A stretch of 64,000 nt of DNA from Octopus vulgaris (Eukaryota). The notes under the pieces were generated by a model that saw only the letters and a list, made by a program, of their open reading frames with translations, searched no databases and was not told the DNA's origin. The position numbers and the translations under genes were made by a program. Below, piece by piece: positions 26,486 through 40,724 of this stretch. Every line of letters starts with the position of its first letter. Position 1 is the stretch's first letter. The stretch is taken from contig OX597833.1 of assembly GCA_951406725.2 (NCBI GenBank), positions 25,668,001-25,732,000 on the forward strand, read 5' to 3'.

Positions 26486-26598
26486 GTTATATATATATAT
26501 ATATATATATAATACATACATACAATATATATGTGTGTATGTGTATATATATATTATATACATGTGTTATATATATGTAGGTATACACATATATATTG

Positions 26599-26642
<44 letters not shown>

Positions 26643-26707
26643 GGTCCCGGGTTGAGTCGGGGTTAACCACAGTAAATAAGGTACTCAATACATAGCAGAG
26701 TAAATTA

Positions 26708-26805
26708 ATTTATTATATAGAAGGAGCTTCTACAGGACTAGAACTGTTTCATTCAAAAGCATTTGAATGAAACAGTTCTAGTCCTGTAGAAGCTCCTTCT
26801 ATATA

Positions 26806-26811
<6 letters not shown>
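26708..26811. repeat. Perfect 50-bp-arm hairpin (4-nt loop) ending a short insert in (TA)n
   Basis: 26708-26757 is the exact reverse complement of 26762-26811. Confidence 0.9.
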
Positions 26812-26897
<86 letters not shown>

Positions 26898-26899
<2 letters not shown>

Positions 26900-27195
26900 A
26901 AGCGCAATGGCCCAGTGGTTAGGGCAGCGGACTCGCAGTTGTAGGATAGCGGTTTCGATTCCCAGACCGGGCGTTGTGAGTGTTTATTGAGAGAAAACAC
27001 TTAAAAGTTCCACGACGCTCCGGCAGGTGGGGGTGTGATCCCTGCTGTACTCTTTCGCCACAACTTTCTCTCATTCTTTCTTCTGTTGGCCTGCTCGTTT
27101 ATCGTTATTTGAAGGCTAAAACAATGCGAAGCGCATTGTGACCAGTGATGTGTAGCAACATCTGATAGCCTGGTCGGTTACGGTGATCACGGTGA
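26898..27195 (+). mobile_element. SINE family C (tail type 2)
   Basis: ggaagcgcaatggcccagtggttagggcagcgg head; tail ...gcgaagcgcattgtgaccagtgatgtgtagcaacatctgatagcctggtcgg. Confidence 0.8.
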
Positions 27196-27693
27196 TATAT
27201 ATCTGTTATACACTTACATACACGCATATGTATATATATATGTGTGTGTATGTGTTTGTGTTTGTGAGTCTGTGTGTGTAAGTATGTTTGAATGTATGCA
27301 AGATTTACAAAGATGCCGGAAGGAAGGAGCCAATTACAGATGAAGCATGCACACAGGTCTCAGGAATGCAGAAGTTCACTCTTGTATCTTTGCTACGTCA
27401 TGATAAATGCCGAAAAGTTTTCAAGCTGCACCAATCAATAGCAACTGCAGTTGAGCTGAAAACTCTCAACAATGTAACAATATTCCAATATTGTACTTTA
27501 TGAAATTATCCAACATATCTTCCCATCGCCTCTCTCTCTCTCTTTCTCTCTCTCTATTTATCTCTCTGTCTCTCTCTCTCTCTCCCTCTCTGTCTGTCTC
27601 TCTCTCTGTATATATATATATATGAGACCGTGTGTGTATCGTTGGCGATTTTCTTCCTCCATCTTCCCTTCCATGGACCTTTCCTTTTTCTAT

Positions 27694-27728
27694 GTTTCTA
27701 ACGAAGAGCTCCGCTCGAAATGTTAAAT
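27694..27728 (+). ncRNA. Decayed minimal hammerhead-like motif in a (TA)n-flanked insert
   Basis: uuu-CUAACGA-a-GAGC-ucc-GCUC-GAAA-UGUU-aaa. The core G5 position is mutated to A. Confidence 0.4.
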
Positions 27729-27826
27729 CCTCCTTCTTTCCTTCCTTTCCTGAGCGTCCAATAACACTATAGTTGTCCCACGTCCTCGCGTTGTTGTGTT
27801 TTCTCTATGTGTTTTCATGTTTGGAT

Positions 27827-27858
<32 letters not shown>

Positions 27859-27983
27859 CTTTATATCAATTAAGGGGCATATAATCCACGAAGAAAGAAT
27901 CTTTATCCACCAATGCGTTGTTGATTGCTCAAACTCCTTGTTGAATATTTATGCTTATATATATGTATATGTATATGTATATC

Positions 27984-28049
<66 letters not shown>

Positions 28050-28584
28050 ATATATATATATATATACATACATATATATATATATACATATACATACATA
28101 CATGTATATATATACATATATATACTTATATATACATATATACACACAATATATATGTACATATATACACAGAAAGAGAGAGAGAGAGAGAGAGTGAACG
28201 TGTAATTTATAGATACACACACATTTATATAGAGAGGAGAAAAATTGAGAAAGACGGACAGGCACGAAGCTAGATTGTGAGTTAGATTTCGAGGATATAA
28301 ACTGAATAAATAAATACTTTGTTGTTGACTGCAGACATGGTTACAATGTGTATAGTTTGGCTGGATTGTCAAGCAAGGCGTATAATATGCCTAGCATATT
28401 ACTACCCATAATATTCATAATACAGACCATTGATTATATATTACGCAATGTAGGCTTTTCATTAAATTTATTACTCATTGTGCAATACATTATTATATAA
28501 GTTTCTGCCTCCCTCAGTATATACATACACATATTTACATACATACATATATATGTGTGTATATGTATATGCATATATATATAT

Positions 28585-28666
<82 letters not shown>

Positions 28667-28700
28667 GTATAGATATATATATATATATGCATATACATAT

Positions 28701-28791
<91 letters not shown>

Positions 28792-28795
28792 GCGT

Positions 28796-28839
<44 letters not shown>

Positions 28840-29453
28840 GCATGTATGTATGTATATACCATGCAGGCTGAGATTATGCCGTATCACACTCACACAACAA
28901 CGATAAAAACAAGAACCACACCAACAACAACAGCAACAAGTAAAGCAGAGTAATAATTCTGAAATGGCAGAAACTCCATTTAACCCAAGCGTCCACAAAC
29001 GCATGACGTTTCAAAGGGGGCATCGATTATGCTATAAACCATTGATTGGATTCCGAGTACGGAGAACGGACATCAAAGAAATGTTTGATGATTTTACTAT
29101 CATATTTTCTTTCGAAACCGTATTGATTTTTGTCGAATTATAACTTATATAGACTATAAGAATATTTCTCTAATATTCTACGTGTAAGATGTGTTAGGGT
29201 CGGATGGAAACCGTAGAAATGTATCAAGAGTTTATCACTCTTAACTTCGGATCTGATTAGTGCATGTTATTTCTTTCCTTCAATAAACTTGGTGCACACA
29301 AGCACACAAAAATACACACATCCAAATATAGCAAGATCGGTATATATGTGTATTGATGTAAGTTTATATAAGTATAAGTATGAGTATATGTAAATATACA
29401 TGAATATATATTCTGCGTGTGTGTATGTATGTATGTGTATGTATATATGTATG

Positions 29454-29523
<70 letters not shown>

Positions 29524-29685
29524 CATATATATATACATATACATATATATGTATATATGCACCTATACATATATATATGTGTTTATATATATATATGTTT
29601 AATATATATTTATACATGAAAATATACTCATATATACACAGAAACATAATGTACTTTGTCGTGCATGCATATAATTATATATATA

Positions 29686-30093
29686 CTCTTTACTCTTTAC
29701 TCTTTTACTTGTTTCAGTCATTTGACTGCGGCCATGCTGGAGCACAGCCTTCAGTCGAGCAAATCGACCCCGGGACTTATTCTTTGTAAGCCCAGTACTT
29801 ATTCTATCGGTCTGTTTTGCCAAACCGCTAAGTTACGGGGACGTAAACACACCAGCATCGGTTGTCAAGCAATGCTAGAGGGACAAGCACAGACACACAA
29901 ACATATACATACACATACATACATATACATATATACGACAGGCTTCTTTCAGTTTCCGTCAACCAAATCCACTCACAAGGCATTGGTCGGCCCGAGGCTA
30001 TAGCAGAAGACACTTGCCCAAGATGCCACGCACTGGGACAGAACCCAGAACAATGTGGTTGGTAGGCAAGCTACTTACCACACAGCCACTCCT
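29686..30093 (-). mobile_element. Full-length SINE family B
   Basis: Reverse complement of the 16603-17016 copy. Confidence 0.85.
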
Positions 30094-30287
30094 ATATATA
30101 AATATATATATATTAAATATAAATGATTTCATATCAAATATGTACATATATAAATTCATATAGCGTATCGCAATTCACACTCACGCACACACGCACAATT
30201 ACACACACACACATATATGGACGTATATAATCTATAGATTTGCATTTGTATGTATGCATGCATGTATATATTTGTATATGTATATAT

Positions 30288-30324
<37 letters not shown>

Positions 30325-30563
30325 GCATATTTATATACACGCATGTACATATATACACACGTATATATGATGTATACACACATACACACACACACACACA
30401 TATATTTATATATATATATATATACATATGTATAAATATTTCTATGTATGTAAACCCGTGCCTCCTGTTTCTCTTATTTAAAATGAAGATAACATTTTCG
30501 TTACAAAGTCTGAAAAATCAGAGGATGGTTTGGTAAACTATGTTTGTTTCCTTGAAACTTCCA

Positions 30564-31758
30564 TTAGGTTGTCAAGATAGTTCTTGCGGTTTTTAATCTT
30601 TAAATTCAGATGCACATATCTCGGCTCAAACAAAACTTTATTAAACGAAATAAATACCATCAGAATCAACACACTTTTGCCAACACAAAACATGTTTATT
30701 TAAGCCAGCAGCTTAAAAATCATGTGTTCTGGTAGCGATGAAGTCATTGAAGGCGTGTTTGGCATCGTCTTGAGTTTTGAAGCATTTCTCACGTTGGAAG
30801 TTGCCTAGATGCTTGAAAAAGTGGTAGTCAGTAGGTGAGAAGTCTGGTGAGTATGGCGAATGAGGCAGAGTTTTGTAGCCCAATTCGTTCAACTTCTGCA
30901 GGGTCAGTTGTGCAACGTGCGGCCGAGCGTTGTCGTGGAGAAGAATTGGTCCTTTTGTATTGACCAATGCTGGCTGTTGTTGTCAGAGTTTCTTATGCAT
31001 TTCATCAATTTGCTGACGAAACCGGCTGCAGACAACCAAACAATCACCATGACCTTTCATTTATTGAAACTTCGGCTTCGGGAAGTGCCCTGGAGCTTCG
31101 TCGGCACCCAACCACTGAGCTGAGCGTCATCTCTTGTAAAGAATCCACTTTTCATCGCAAGTCACAATCCGGACGAGAAACAGATCGTTCTTGTTGCGTA
31201 AAAGAAGGGAAGACGTCACTTCAAAACGGCGGGTTTTTTTTTCCGGTTGCCGTTAATTTCGTGAGGCACCCATTTCTTAGGTATTTGGAAATTTTCGTAT
31301 ACGTTACATCTAATTCAGAAGCAAGCTCTCGAACAGTTGTGCGTGGAATGGCTTCGACAAAGGCTCTTAGTTGATCGTTGTCAGCATCCACTACGCTTAT
31401 CTTCAAAACTCTCGTCACCGCTACGAAATTTCTTGAACTACCATTGTGCTGTACGTTTACTAGTGGTTATTGGGCGAAACGCATCGTTGATATCGCAAGC
31501 TGTTTCAGCAGCTTTTCGGCCTAGCTTGAACTGGAATTAGGAAATTGTGCGAATTCGCTTTTTGTCCATATTGTATTCAACGGGCCAGGAAAAATGGCCT
31601 AATTATTCAAAAATAAACAGAGTAGCACGATTAGATAGAGCAAAATTCGGGATTTAAAATGATATATAAAATCAAAGTAATTTAACAAAAATTAATTTGA
31701 AAATACATAATTTAAAACCAAAATTAAAAATTCCGTAAGAACGTTCTTGACAACCTAA
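30564..31758 (-). mobile_element. Decayed mariner (Tc1/mariner, DD34D) DNA transposon
   Basis: TIRs ttaggttgtcaagatagttcttgcgg / ccgtaagaacgttcttgacaacctaa, with TA on the right. Transposase remnants ILLHDNARPH...LPHSPYSPDFSPTDYHFF (30713-30967) and HTH remnant PRTTVRELASEL (31221-31418). Confidence 0.9.
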
Positions 31759-31929
31759 TAATACATTTCATTCGAATAGATTCCATCGGTTTTCTTTTAA
31801 AATGTATACTACATATGCGCACACATGCATGTATATACATATATATGTGTTTGTGCGTGCGCATGTGTGTGTGTATATATATGTATATATATATATTATA
31901 AAGAGAGGGATAGAAGAGAGTGAATGTGC

Positions 31930-32239
31930 GTGGGTAAGTAGTTAGGGAATTCGGTTCACGATAAGGTCGTGATTTAGAGACCTGGCGTTCTGTTTTACTC
32001 ATTGCGCAAGATATTTATTTCACGCTGCACCAATACCCTAGAATCCAAGAAAGTGTTGTTCTGTATTTTAAAAGGCCACACTTCTCACATTCTGTGTCAT
32101 GCTGAATCTTATTGTGAACTACGTTAAGCTTACTCGTGTCTTTGTAATGCTCAGTCAATTGCACATCAGCTACACGAACAAGCTTTTCTGTTCAACGGAT
32201 CAGCTGGAGCCCACCTCGTCCTATCCGATGGAGTGCCAG

Positions 32240-32240
<1 letters not shown>
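31930..32240 (+). mobile_element. Old SINE family C copy (tail type 1)
   Basis: Tail ctgtgtcatgctgaatc...gaactacgttaag...ccgatggagtgcc resembles 18560-18705. Confidence 0.55.
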
Positions 32241-32292
<52 letters not shown>

Positions 32293-32613
32293 GAACTGGC
32301 ACTGGTCATTGATAATTTATATATTATCTAAATTTTATATTTTAATAATATGAATAGTCATTTTTTTGTAAAATATTTATGTAATTAGATATTGACTATT
32401 ACTGATATTAGATTATTGGTGGGTTTCTTACCTTAAAAATTAATACTTAAAAATTAAAATTAGTATTTAACATTATTATCGTTGTTTTGATATAATCATA
32501 ATCGTTAAATTTCTAGTTTGATAATAGAGTTTTCTATTAGAAAATTTATTATATTATTTATTTCTTAAAAATATTGTTTAAATATTTCTGATTATTTATT
32601 AAAATATTACAAT

Positions 32614-32716
32614 TAACCTGAAGATTGACTGTAACCATAATTCGAATTATTAATTGAATTTAAATTATTATTATTGTTATTCAAATTGGTTACTGGCATG
32701 AAACGATCGTAGTGTT
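32614..32716 (+). ncRNA. Decayed type I hammerhead with long AT-rich stem II insertion
   Basis: CUGAAGA (32618-32624), GUAACCA/UGGUUAC pairing, GAAA-CGAUCG-UA with palindromic stem III ACGAUCGU (32703-32710). Confidence 0.55.
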
Positions 32717-32787
32717 TTTACTCTTTATCTTATATTAAACTTTTAATACTATTTAATAGTTTAAAATTTAAAAAAAAAATAAATAAA

Positions 32788-32828
<41 letters not shown>

Positions 32829-33018
32829 AAATTTATAAGTTTAATTTATTAATTTAAATAATTTTTAAAAATTTAAACTTTAATTTAAATATTTTAATTG
32901 GATTTTTATATTTTATATTTTATATTTTTTATGTTTTAATTAATTTTATTTCCATGTATTGGCTTATGATATTCACTGTTGTATTTGCCTAATAGTGGTT
33001 TTATCTCTAATTTAATAT

Positions 33019-33143
<125 letters not shown>

Positions 33144-33479
33144 ATATAATATAATATAATATAATATAATATAATATAATATAATATAATATAATATAAA
33201 TTCTGTGTGTGTGTGTATGTAAAAGATTATAACGGCCCTATTTTTCAACTGATATTCTTCAAACTGGGAACACACATTACTCATGTTCCAAAGATGGTTT
33301 TAGACTCTTAGAATTTTTCACATAATGAATAACCACCTTTCCTGTGTTACGTGGAGAAGGGAGGTAACTTTGGGAAATTGATTGTCTACATTATATATAT
33401 TGGTCGTAAGAAATTTTAATAACTGCTTTTTATATTAGATTCACGTCTTTGAAAGATTTTTAAAATATTTACATAAATG

Positions 33480-33521
<42 letters not shown>

Positions 33522-34465
33522 AATACAAGTGTATATATACTAATACATACATATATTCACACGTATATTAAGAGGAAAATCCGGTTATTCATCTCAACCA
33601 CGTGCGTATTTGATGAAGATAGTACCGCAGTATTTATCAGGACCGGAGCGAATAAATAAATATATATGCATACATAATTCAAGATAAAATCAATGAATGA
33701 GGTTATCAGTGCTCAGCATGTAATAAAAATCATATAGTTAAAAATTAATATAGTTATATAATTATATAGATATATAATTATATAATTTTTGATATGGTCC
33801 CCAGAAGCGATAACTACGAAGTAGTGGCCTCTCATTTGCAATGTTTTTGTCGTTCTCTGCATTTTTACTTTCATATTCCACGTCACCTGAAGGCTATGGG
33901 ACCATTGAAAAGAGAAACACCTCCAATTTAAGCATCTCTCATAATAATGATATGCTTGGTAAGAAAAAAAAAGGTTAATTGTTTCACTCAATAACTTTAA
34001 CGATGTTTTCCAGAAATTTGCTGTGTAGATCAGTGCTGAAAACTTCAATACAAAATCCAACGGTGACATTTGAATAGATATCTGGGCAAAAGAACAGAAA
34101 CAATAACTACTGCAGCAGCTCAAATAACTGGAAAATTTTTTGAAGATAAATACAATGACTGATAAATACAATGACTAAAAGAGCAAAGAACAATCTCTGC
34201 ATGTTTTGATATTATTTACCTTCTTGTACATAAACGAGATGTTGAGTCTCAAAGGAGGGATTTGGAGACGAGCAAACATACATGCGCTCACACACAAAAT
34301 ACATACACATATACATTCATGCAAACTGTCCCACAAACGCGCATTCACACACATATATATGTTGTTTTGTCGTAGCTGCTATGTATGTATGTACGTATAT
34401 ATGTATGTATATATATATGTATGTATGTATTTATGTATATGTATGTATATATGCATATGTATGTA

Positions 34466-34509
<44 letters not shown>

Positions 34510-34510
<1 letters not shown>

Positions 34511-34725
34511 TCTTTACTCTTTCTCTTTTACTTGTTTCAGTCAGTTGACTGCGGTCATGCTGGAGCACCGCCTTTAGTCGAGCAAATCGACCCCGGGACT
34601 TATTCTTTGTAAGCCCAGTACTTATTCTATCGGTCTCTTTTGCCGAACCGCTAAGTTACGGGGACGTAAACATACACCAGCATCGGTTGTCAAGCAATGG
34701 TAGGGGGACAAACACAGACACACAA

Positions 34726-34768
<43 letters not shown>

Positions 34769-34931
34769 TACGACAGGCTTCTTTCAGTTTCCGTCTACCA
34801 AATCCACTCACAAGGCATTGGTCGGCCCGGAGCTATAGCAGAAGACACTTGCCCAAGATGCCACGCAGTGGGATTGAACCCAGAACCATGTGGTTGGTTA
34901 GCAAGCTACTTACCACACAGCCACTCCTGCG

Positions 34932-34933
<2 letters not shown>
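34510..34933 (-). mobile_element. Full-length SINE family B
   Basis: Reverse complement of the family B sequence, embedded in (TA)n. Confidence 0.85.
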
Positions 34934-34972
<39 letters not shown>

Positions 34973-35662
34973 TAATAGAACGAATGGTTTGCACCTGGTA
35001 GCTTACTGGTAAAGCACGGTTTCTTCCACAGTGTTCGTTATATATATGGTAAATAAACGACGGAAGATGGAATATGCGAGAATTTTTGTTAATAACATTT
35101 TTTTCGACACATCTAGCATCGATCCCTCACAAATGGGGCACTTAACATCTGGTTCAGGAGCTTCCGACGGTGCAGATGTGTCTCATTGGGTGATACGTAG
35201 ATCCAACTCGTTAAAATAACAGTTCCGTAATGTATCTTCTCATTTCGCAGAAAGAAAAGCAGTACAACGAAGGAAATGGCTTCATTTATATAGAAGAGCA
35301 AAAATAAAATCACTGATGCAAAAAAGAAACGAACACGCTATACAGAGAGAGAAGTATTAAAAATAACCTCTAACAGATACAGATGTATAAACACCCTGGC
35401 GCCAATTGCATGGCGCGTGCACCCATGCTCATACAAGCATCCGTGTAGACAAGAGCGCCTGGTATTGAGATGAGTCTCGATATCCTGGTCACGGTTGCAC
35501 AGATGTCGGCTGCAAGAAGTAATCCCTATCGTTGTGATGTTGTGTAGATGTGTAGAATATAGTGGGCAGTTTTGTGCGCCGAAAGAACTGACTGATATCA
35601 GTACGGTTCCCGCATTCGTCGGAGTGGGGAGTGAGGGGTACGAAACGGAGACCCAACCGCGG

Positions 35663-35731
<69 letters not shown>

Positions 35732-35800
35732 CGCATATACATCTAGACTCATACATACTTACATGTATATATATATATGTACACACACACACACATATAT

Positions 35801-35855
<55 letters not shown>

Positions 35856-36484
35856 CATATATGTATATATATGTGTGTATATATATATATATATTTTTGT
35901 ATATATATATATACATATAGGCTCATACATACATACATTCATATATATATATGTACGCATTTATGTATGTATGTATCAATGTGTGTGTGTGTATGTGTGT
36001 GCGTGTTTGTGTATGTGTATGTGCGTGTTTTGCTGTGTTAATGCATGTAGTGGCTCATTTTACAGTATTCTTGGTATACAATATATAAACCAAACTAAAA
36101 TACGTTCGCAGCTGGAACATCTTTGGTAATTTGTGATTAAAGAACAAACGGTAATACCATGGCCTCCAACAACACACCAACACCAGCAGCAGCAGCAGCA
36201 GTAGCAACAATATTAACAATATATGATCATGAAAAGTGAGGTATCAATAACAGTAATATTGGAGCTTCAACACCAACAAAGTCCCCTTCTCGGTGCAGGG
36301 GCGTGGGCATAAAAAATGCATTTTTTAAATTTATATTATGTTACATTTTAATACCTTTTTAGCATACATATTAATATATCAATCGTTTTACCTCGAAACA
36401 ATCAGACTAGGAAAATCGGACATTTGAATATTACCATTTTAATCAAGTATTCGTTTGAACTTAAAGAACAGAAATATTTGATTT

Positions 36485-36501
36485 TATTATTATTATTATT
36501 A

Positions 36502-36560
<59 letters not shown>

Positions 36561-36657
36561 ATTATTATTATAATTATTATTATTATTATTGTTGTTGTTG
36601 TTGTTATTGTTATTGTTATTATTGTTATTATTATTAATATTATTGTTGTTATTGTTA

Positions 36658-36707
<50 letters not shown>

Positions 36708-36746
36708 GTCGTTATTATTATCATTATTATTATTATTATCATTATG

Positions 36747-36824
<78 letters not shown>

Positions 36825-36825
36825 T
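36485..36825. repeat. (TTA/TTG)n compound microsatellite
   Basis: Direct inspection. Confidence 0.95.
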
Positions 36826-37574
36826 GTTTATGTTTATTTATTTATTTATTTATTTATTTTTATACTAACTGTCATTTGTATAAATATATATTTTTGTTGT
36901 TCGGACATCTGATAGATGGTAATCCCAAATCATGTTTGCTTATTTTGTCTAAACCTGACTGATCTTAATTCTTAGAGTTTTCTTTATACTTTATTAAATA
37001 AAATGTCAGCTGTAATCTTTCTGGCAATTTTTCATTTTCATGTCAGTATTATGGTTTGGCTTCGTAATATTTTTTTTCTTTGATCAATATTTTTATGGGA
37101 TGTTTTTGTCTTTTTGATTACAGAATTGCGTGTGTAGTTGTATAGAATTCGTTTGAAAATTATGTAACATGCATATATACATACATATGTATATATATAC
37201 TATATATATATATATATATTATATCATATATATATATATATATATATGTGTGTGTATGTGTGTGTGTGTGTGCATGTGTGTGTGTGTGTGTGTGTGTATG
37301 TGTGTGTGTGTGTGCGTGTATATGTGTGTGTGTGTGTGCGTGTGTGTGTGTGTGTATGCATACATACATATATACAAACACATATATGCATGCATATATA
37401 TATAAACATACATATATACATATATTTATATAATAAATCAGGTAGCGCTATTAAGTTAGACATGGCCTGGGCCAATCGTTGGCCGAAATATATTTAATTT
37501 ATCTAAGTTATCATCTAAGTATATGTGTTTGAGTCTGTATACACACACAATTGTATACATATAAATATATATAT

Positions 37575-37677
<103 letters not shown>

Positions 37678-38179
37678 TACACATATATATATATACATAC
37701 ATGTGTGGTGGGTATGGGTGTTTATGTGCACGTTTGTGCATGTTTTGTGTATGTATGTTTATACATCAGATAAGTGTTTCTTCATAAATCTGAGATGTTT
37801 CCTCAGTCAGCACTCTAACGAATACCGCCGAACAGAGTGTATATTAAGAGACAGTTCAACTTAAAGTAAACAGTTAATCTAAATTGTAATTTAATAAATT
37901 TGTCGCAGAATTTAATGCATTAAATCGAAGAGTGATTCTTTAGTCACATGCGTTTCATCATTACGTGGAATTCAGATTTAATGAATATAAATCTTCATAT
38001 GAAAACAAGTAAATTTGTAACATTGTAACACATTGACGTAAACAGTGCACATCACCTCAGAATAACGTCCAAAAGGTTCAAAACTTTGTCTCAAGAGATT
38101 TCACTGGTTTGTATTAGCGTAGTATATGAAAATTTATTTATATTCATACGCATATTTATATTTTACTTCGCAAAACGTA

Positions 38180-38735
38180 TTGCGTTGTCCGGAAAGTTCG
38201 TGCCGATTTTCAAAGGAAAGAAAAAGGTCAATAAATACTTGCCATTACATTTTTAATCAACCAAATATGAACAATTTTGTTACACAATATGTCTCCACCT
38301 TTCCTTTAATTTGAAAATATCTTCTTCCCAGTATTAAGGTGGTTTCATGGCAAAGAATTCATCAAGGTATCTTTCTATGTCATCCAAGGAATTGAAATTC
38401 TTACCATTAAGACTATTCTGCAGAGACCAGAATAAGAATGAGCAATATCTGGTGAATATGGAGGGTGGGGTAACACATCTCAGCCGAGCTGCAGCAATTT
38501 TTGTCTAGTTCCCAAAGCATCAAGTACCGAAAATGAACTTTCTTATCTTCCATTTTAAAGGGTTACAGAATTAACAAAGGTTATAGGAACATAAACCTTC
38601 TTCTACGAAAAGATAGCTTAAACTGTGCTGTAAATAGAGGTATAGTCAAATCCTATTTTATGGACTCAAACATGTCCTAAAATAAGTCGAAAGGTAAGCT
38701 ACTATAAATCGGCACGAACTTTCCGGACAACCCAA
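38180..38735 (-). mobile_element. Mariner internal-deletion derivative (MITE-like), copy 1
   Basis: TA-flanked TIRs ttgcgttgtccggaaagttcgtgccgattt / aaatcggcacgaactttccggacaacccaa. Collinear with 54824-55378. Confidence 0.9.
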
Positions 38736-39387
38736 TATATTCCATGTTGTGTCGAAACGTATGTAACTAAAGGATTAAATGTGATAACATAAACTCTACT
38801 ATATCGCCGGACTCGGGAATGTATGTATGTATGTATATTAGTATATACAAATGCTTGCATGCATGCATGTATGTATGTATGTATGTATGTATGTATGTAT
38901 GTATGTATGTATGTATGTATGTATGCATGTATGTCTCTTCTATTTTTTGCTAATTATAAATCTTCCACTAAGGAGGAAGCCGATTTCCAACAAATATACA
39001 AGGCTACATTTTTGGGATGTAGACAAATTCACATTTAGAACTTGAGACAAGACTTGCATATTTTTATTGCTCCACTCACAGATTGCACTTGTAATATACG
39101 AATTAGATGGTCGATTTCTCCTTCTGAAAATTCCAGTTTATCCAGATTCTCATTTACTGACGAAATCTAGTGATCCAATTATTTTTTGCATGAATATGAA
39201 TTCATAGTCTGGATATACAAGCTGGGGGTTTCGAAGCAGTTGTTCATAATTTTTCTTCTTTGATTTTCAAAGAGATACTTATATATGCAGGGCAGCTGAC
39301 CTCTATGACGGTATATACATTTGCCCATCCGTCCTAAACAACAATATCCGTCCTGTTATATTTACATTATGCAAGTATGTATGTGTG

Positions 39388-39441
<54 letters not shown>

Positions 39442-39684
39442 AATATATATATATATACATATATTTAAACCCATCATTCTTTTGACCTGCATTTTCTCAC
39501 CTTACTATTCTTATGCCTCCCTCCTCCTACTTCGTTTGAACTCTTGAACCTTTAGAAACTTCTAGATTCTTCTACATTTAGCCACTCTGACGTCACTCAT
39601 TATAAAGAGACACTCATTATCGCCATGGGCTCCTCGAGAGCGGTCAGCTAAAGGTTTTTTGTGCATTTTGATGTCGACATAATT

Positions 39685-39781
39685 TCCTTGTTTTTCCTGA
39701 TGAGAAATCTGCATAATGTACTCCTTATTCCTTCGGAATTAGGAATATGCAGCCTTCGAAACATACGTCGAGAATAAAGGA
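39685..39781 (+). ncRNA. Apparently intact type I hammerhead ribozyme with extended stem II; predicted cleavage after C39769
   Basis: uccuuguuuuuc-CUGAUGA(39697-39703)-GAA-au-CUGCAUA...UAUGCAG-cc-UUC-GAAA-C-AUAC-GUC-gagaauaaagga. Lies in a (TA)n-flanked ~500-bp insert. Confidence 0.75.
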
Positions 39782-39997
39782 TATTTGTTAACTAGTCGTT
39801 CAACTCCATTCTTTCATATACTTATAATTTTAAAATAATCATACAAATTTCCGCACGAAGACACGTAGTCAATGCCCTAGGGACGTAGCTTCAACAGTAT
39901 CTTTCTGATGTGAATTTGCTACCCAGGTATCGGTTATCTTTCGAATTATCCTTAATAAGATAATTCATTCAATTACTCAAATATATACATATATGTG

Positions 39998-40049
<52 letters not shown>

Positions 40050-40356
40050 CGTACATATATGTGTATGTATGCACACACACACATATATATATGCAAGAGG
40101 TCACCAACTGTGTAAACAACATGAAGTACGAAAATAAATAAGTTAAATACGCAAGCAACGAGAGAAAAAAAGTGGAAAACAGGAAAAGTAACACCTTCAT
40201 CAGTTATCGGCTGTCTATCTACTCATCATTTCGAGCATCCAACTAGAAATGAGTCTTCGAAGACAGTTGCTCCCTTAAATTCTAAAATAAAATTTTAGGT
40301 TTACAGAGGGGTCAAAGTTGGTAACAAAAACAGGACAGTGGGAACATACATAGATG

Positions 40357-40724
40357 GGCCATGTTGGAGCACCGCCTTTAGTCGTGCAACTCGACCCCAG
40401 GACTTATTCTTTGTAAGCCTAATACTTATTCTATCAGTCTCTCTTGCCGAGCCGCTAGGTTACGGGGACGTAAACACACCAGCATCGGTTGTCAAGCGAT
40501 GTTGGGGTGACAAACACAGACACACAAACATATATACACACATACATATATATACATATATACGACAGGCTCCTTTCAGTTTCCGTCTACCAAATCCACT
40601 CACAAGGCTTTGCTCGGCCCGAGGCTATAGTAGAAGACACTTGTCCACGGTGCCACGCAGTGGGACTGAACCCGGAACCTTGTGGTTGGTAAGGAAGCTA
40701 CTTACCACACAACCACTCTTACGC
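40357..40724 (-). mobile_element. SINE family B, 3' end truncated
   Basis: Reverse complement of the family B sequence. Confidence 0.85.

Noticed and set aside
28985-29130. Partial hammerhead-like strings (GAAACGUC on the minus strand, UUGAUGA...GAAACCGUA on the plus strand)
   Set aside because: Core incomplete and stems not paired.
33713-34171. 152-aa minus-strand ORF containing a CAG|GTGACG donor-like site
   Set aside because: No recognisable domain, and isolated splice-like signals are expected by chance.
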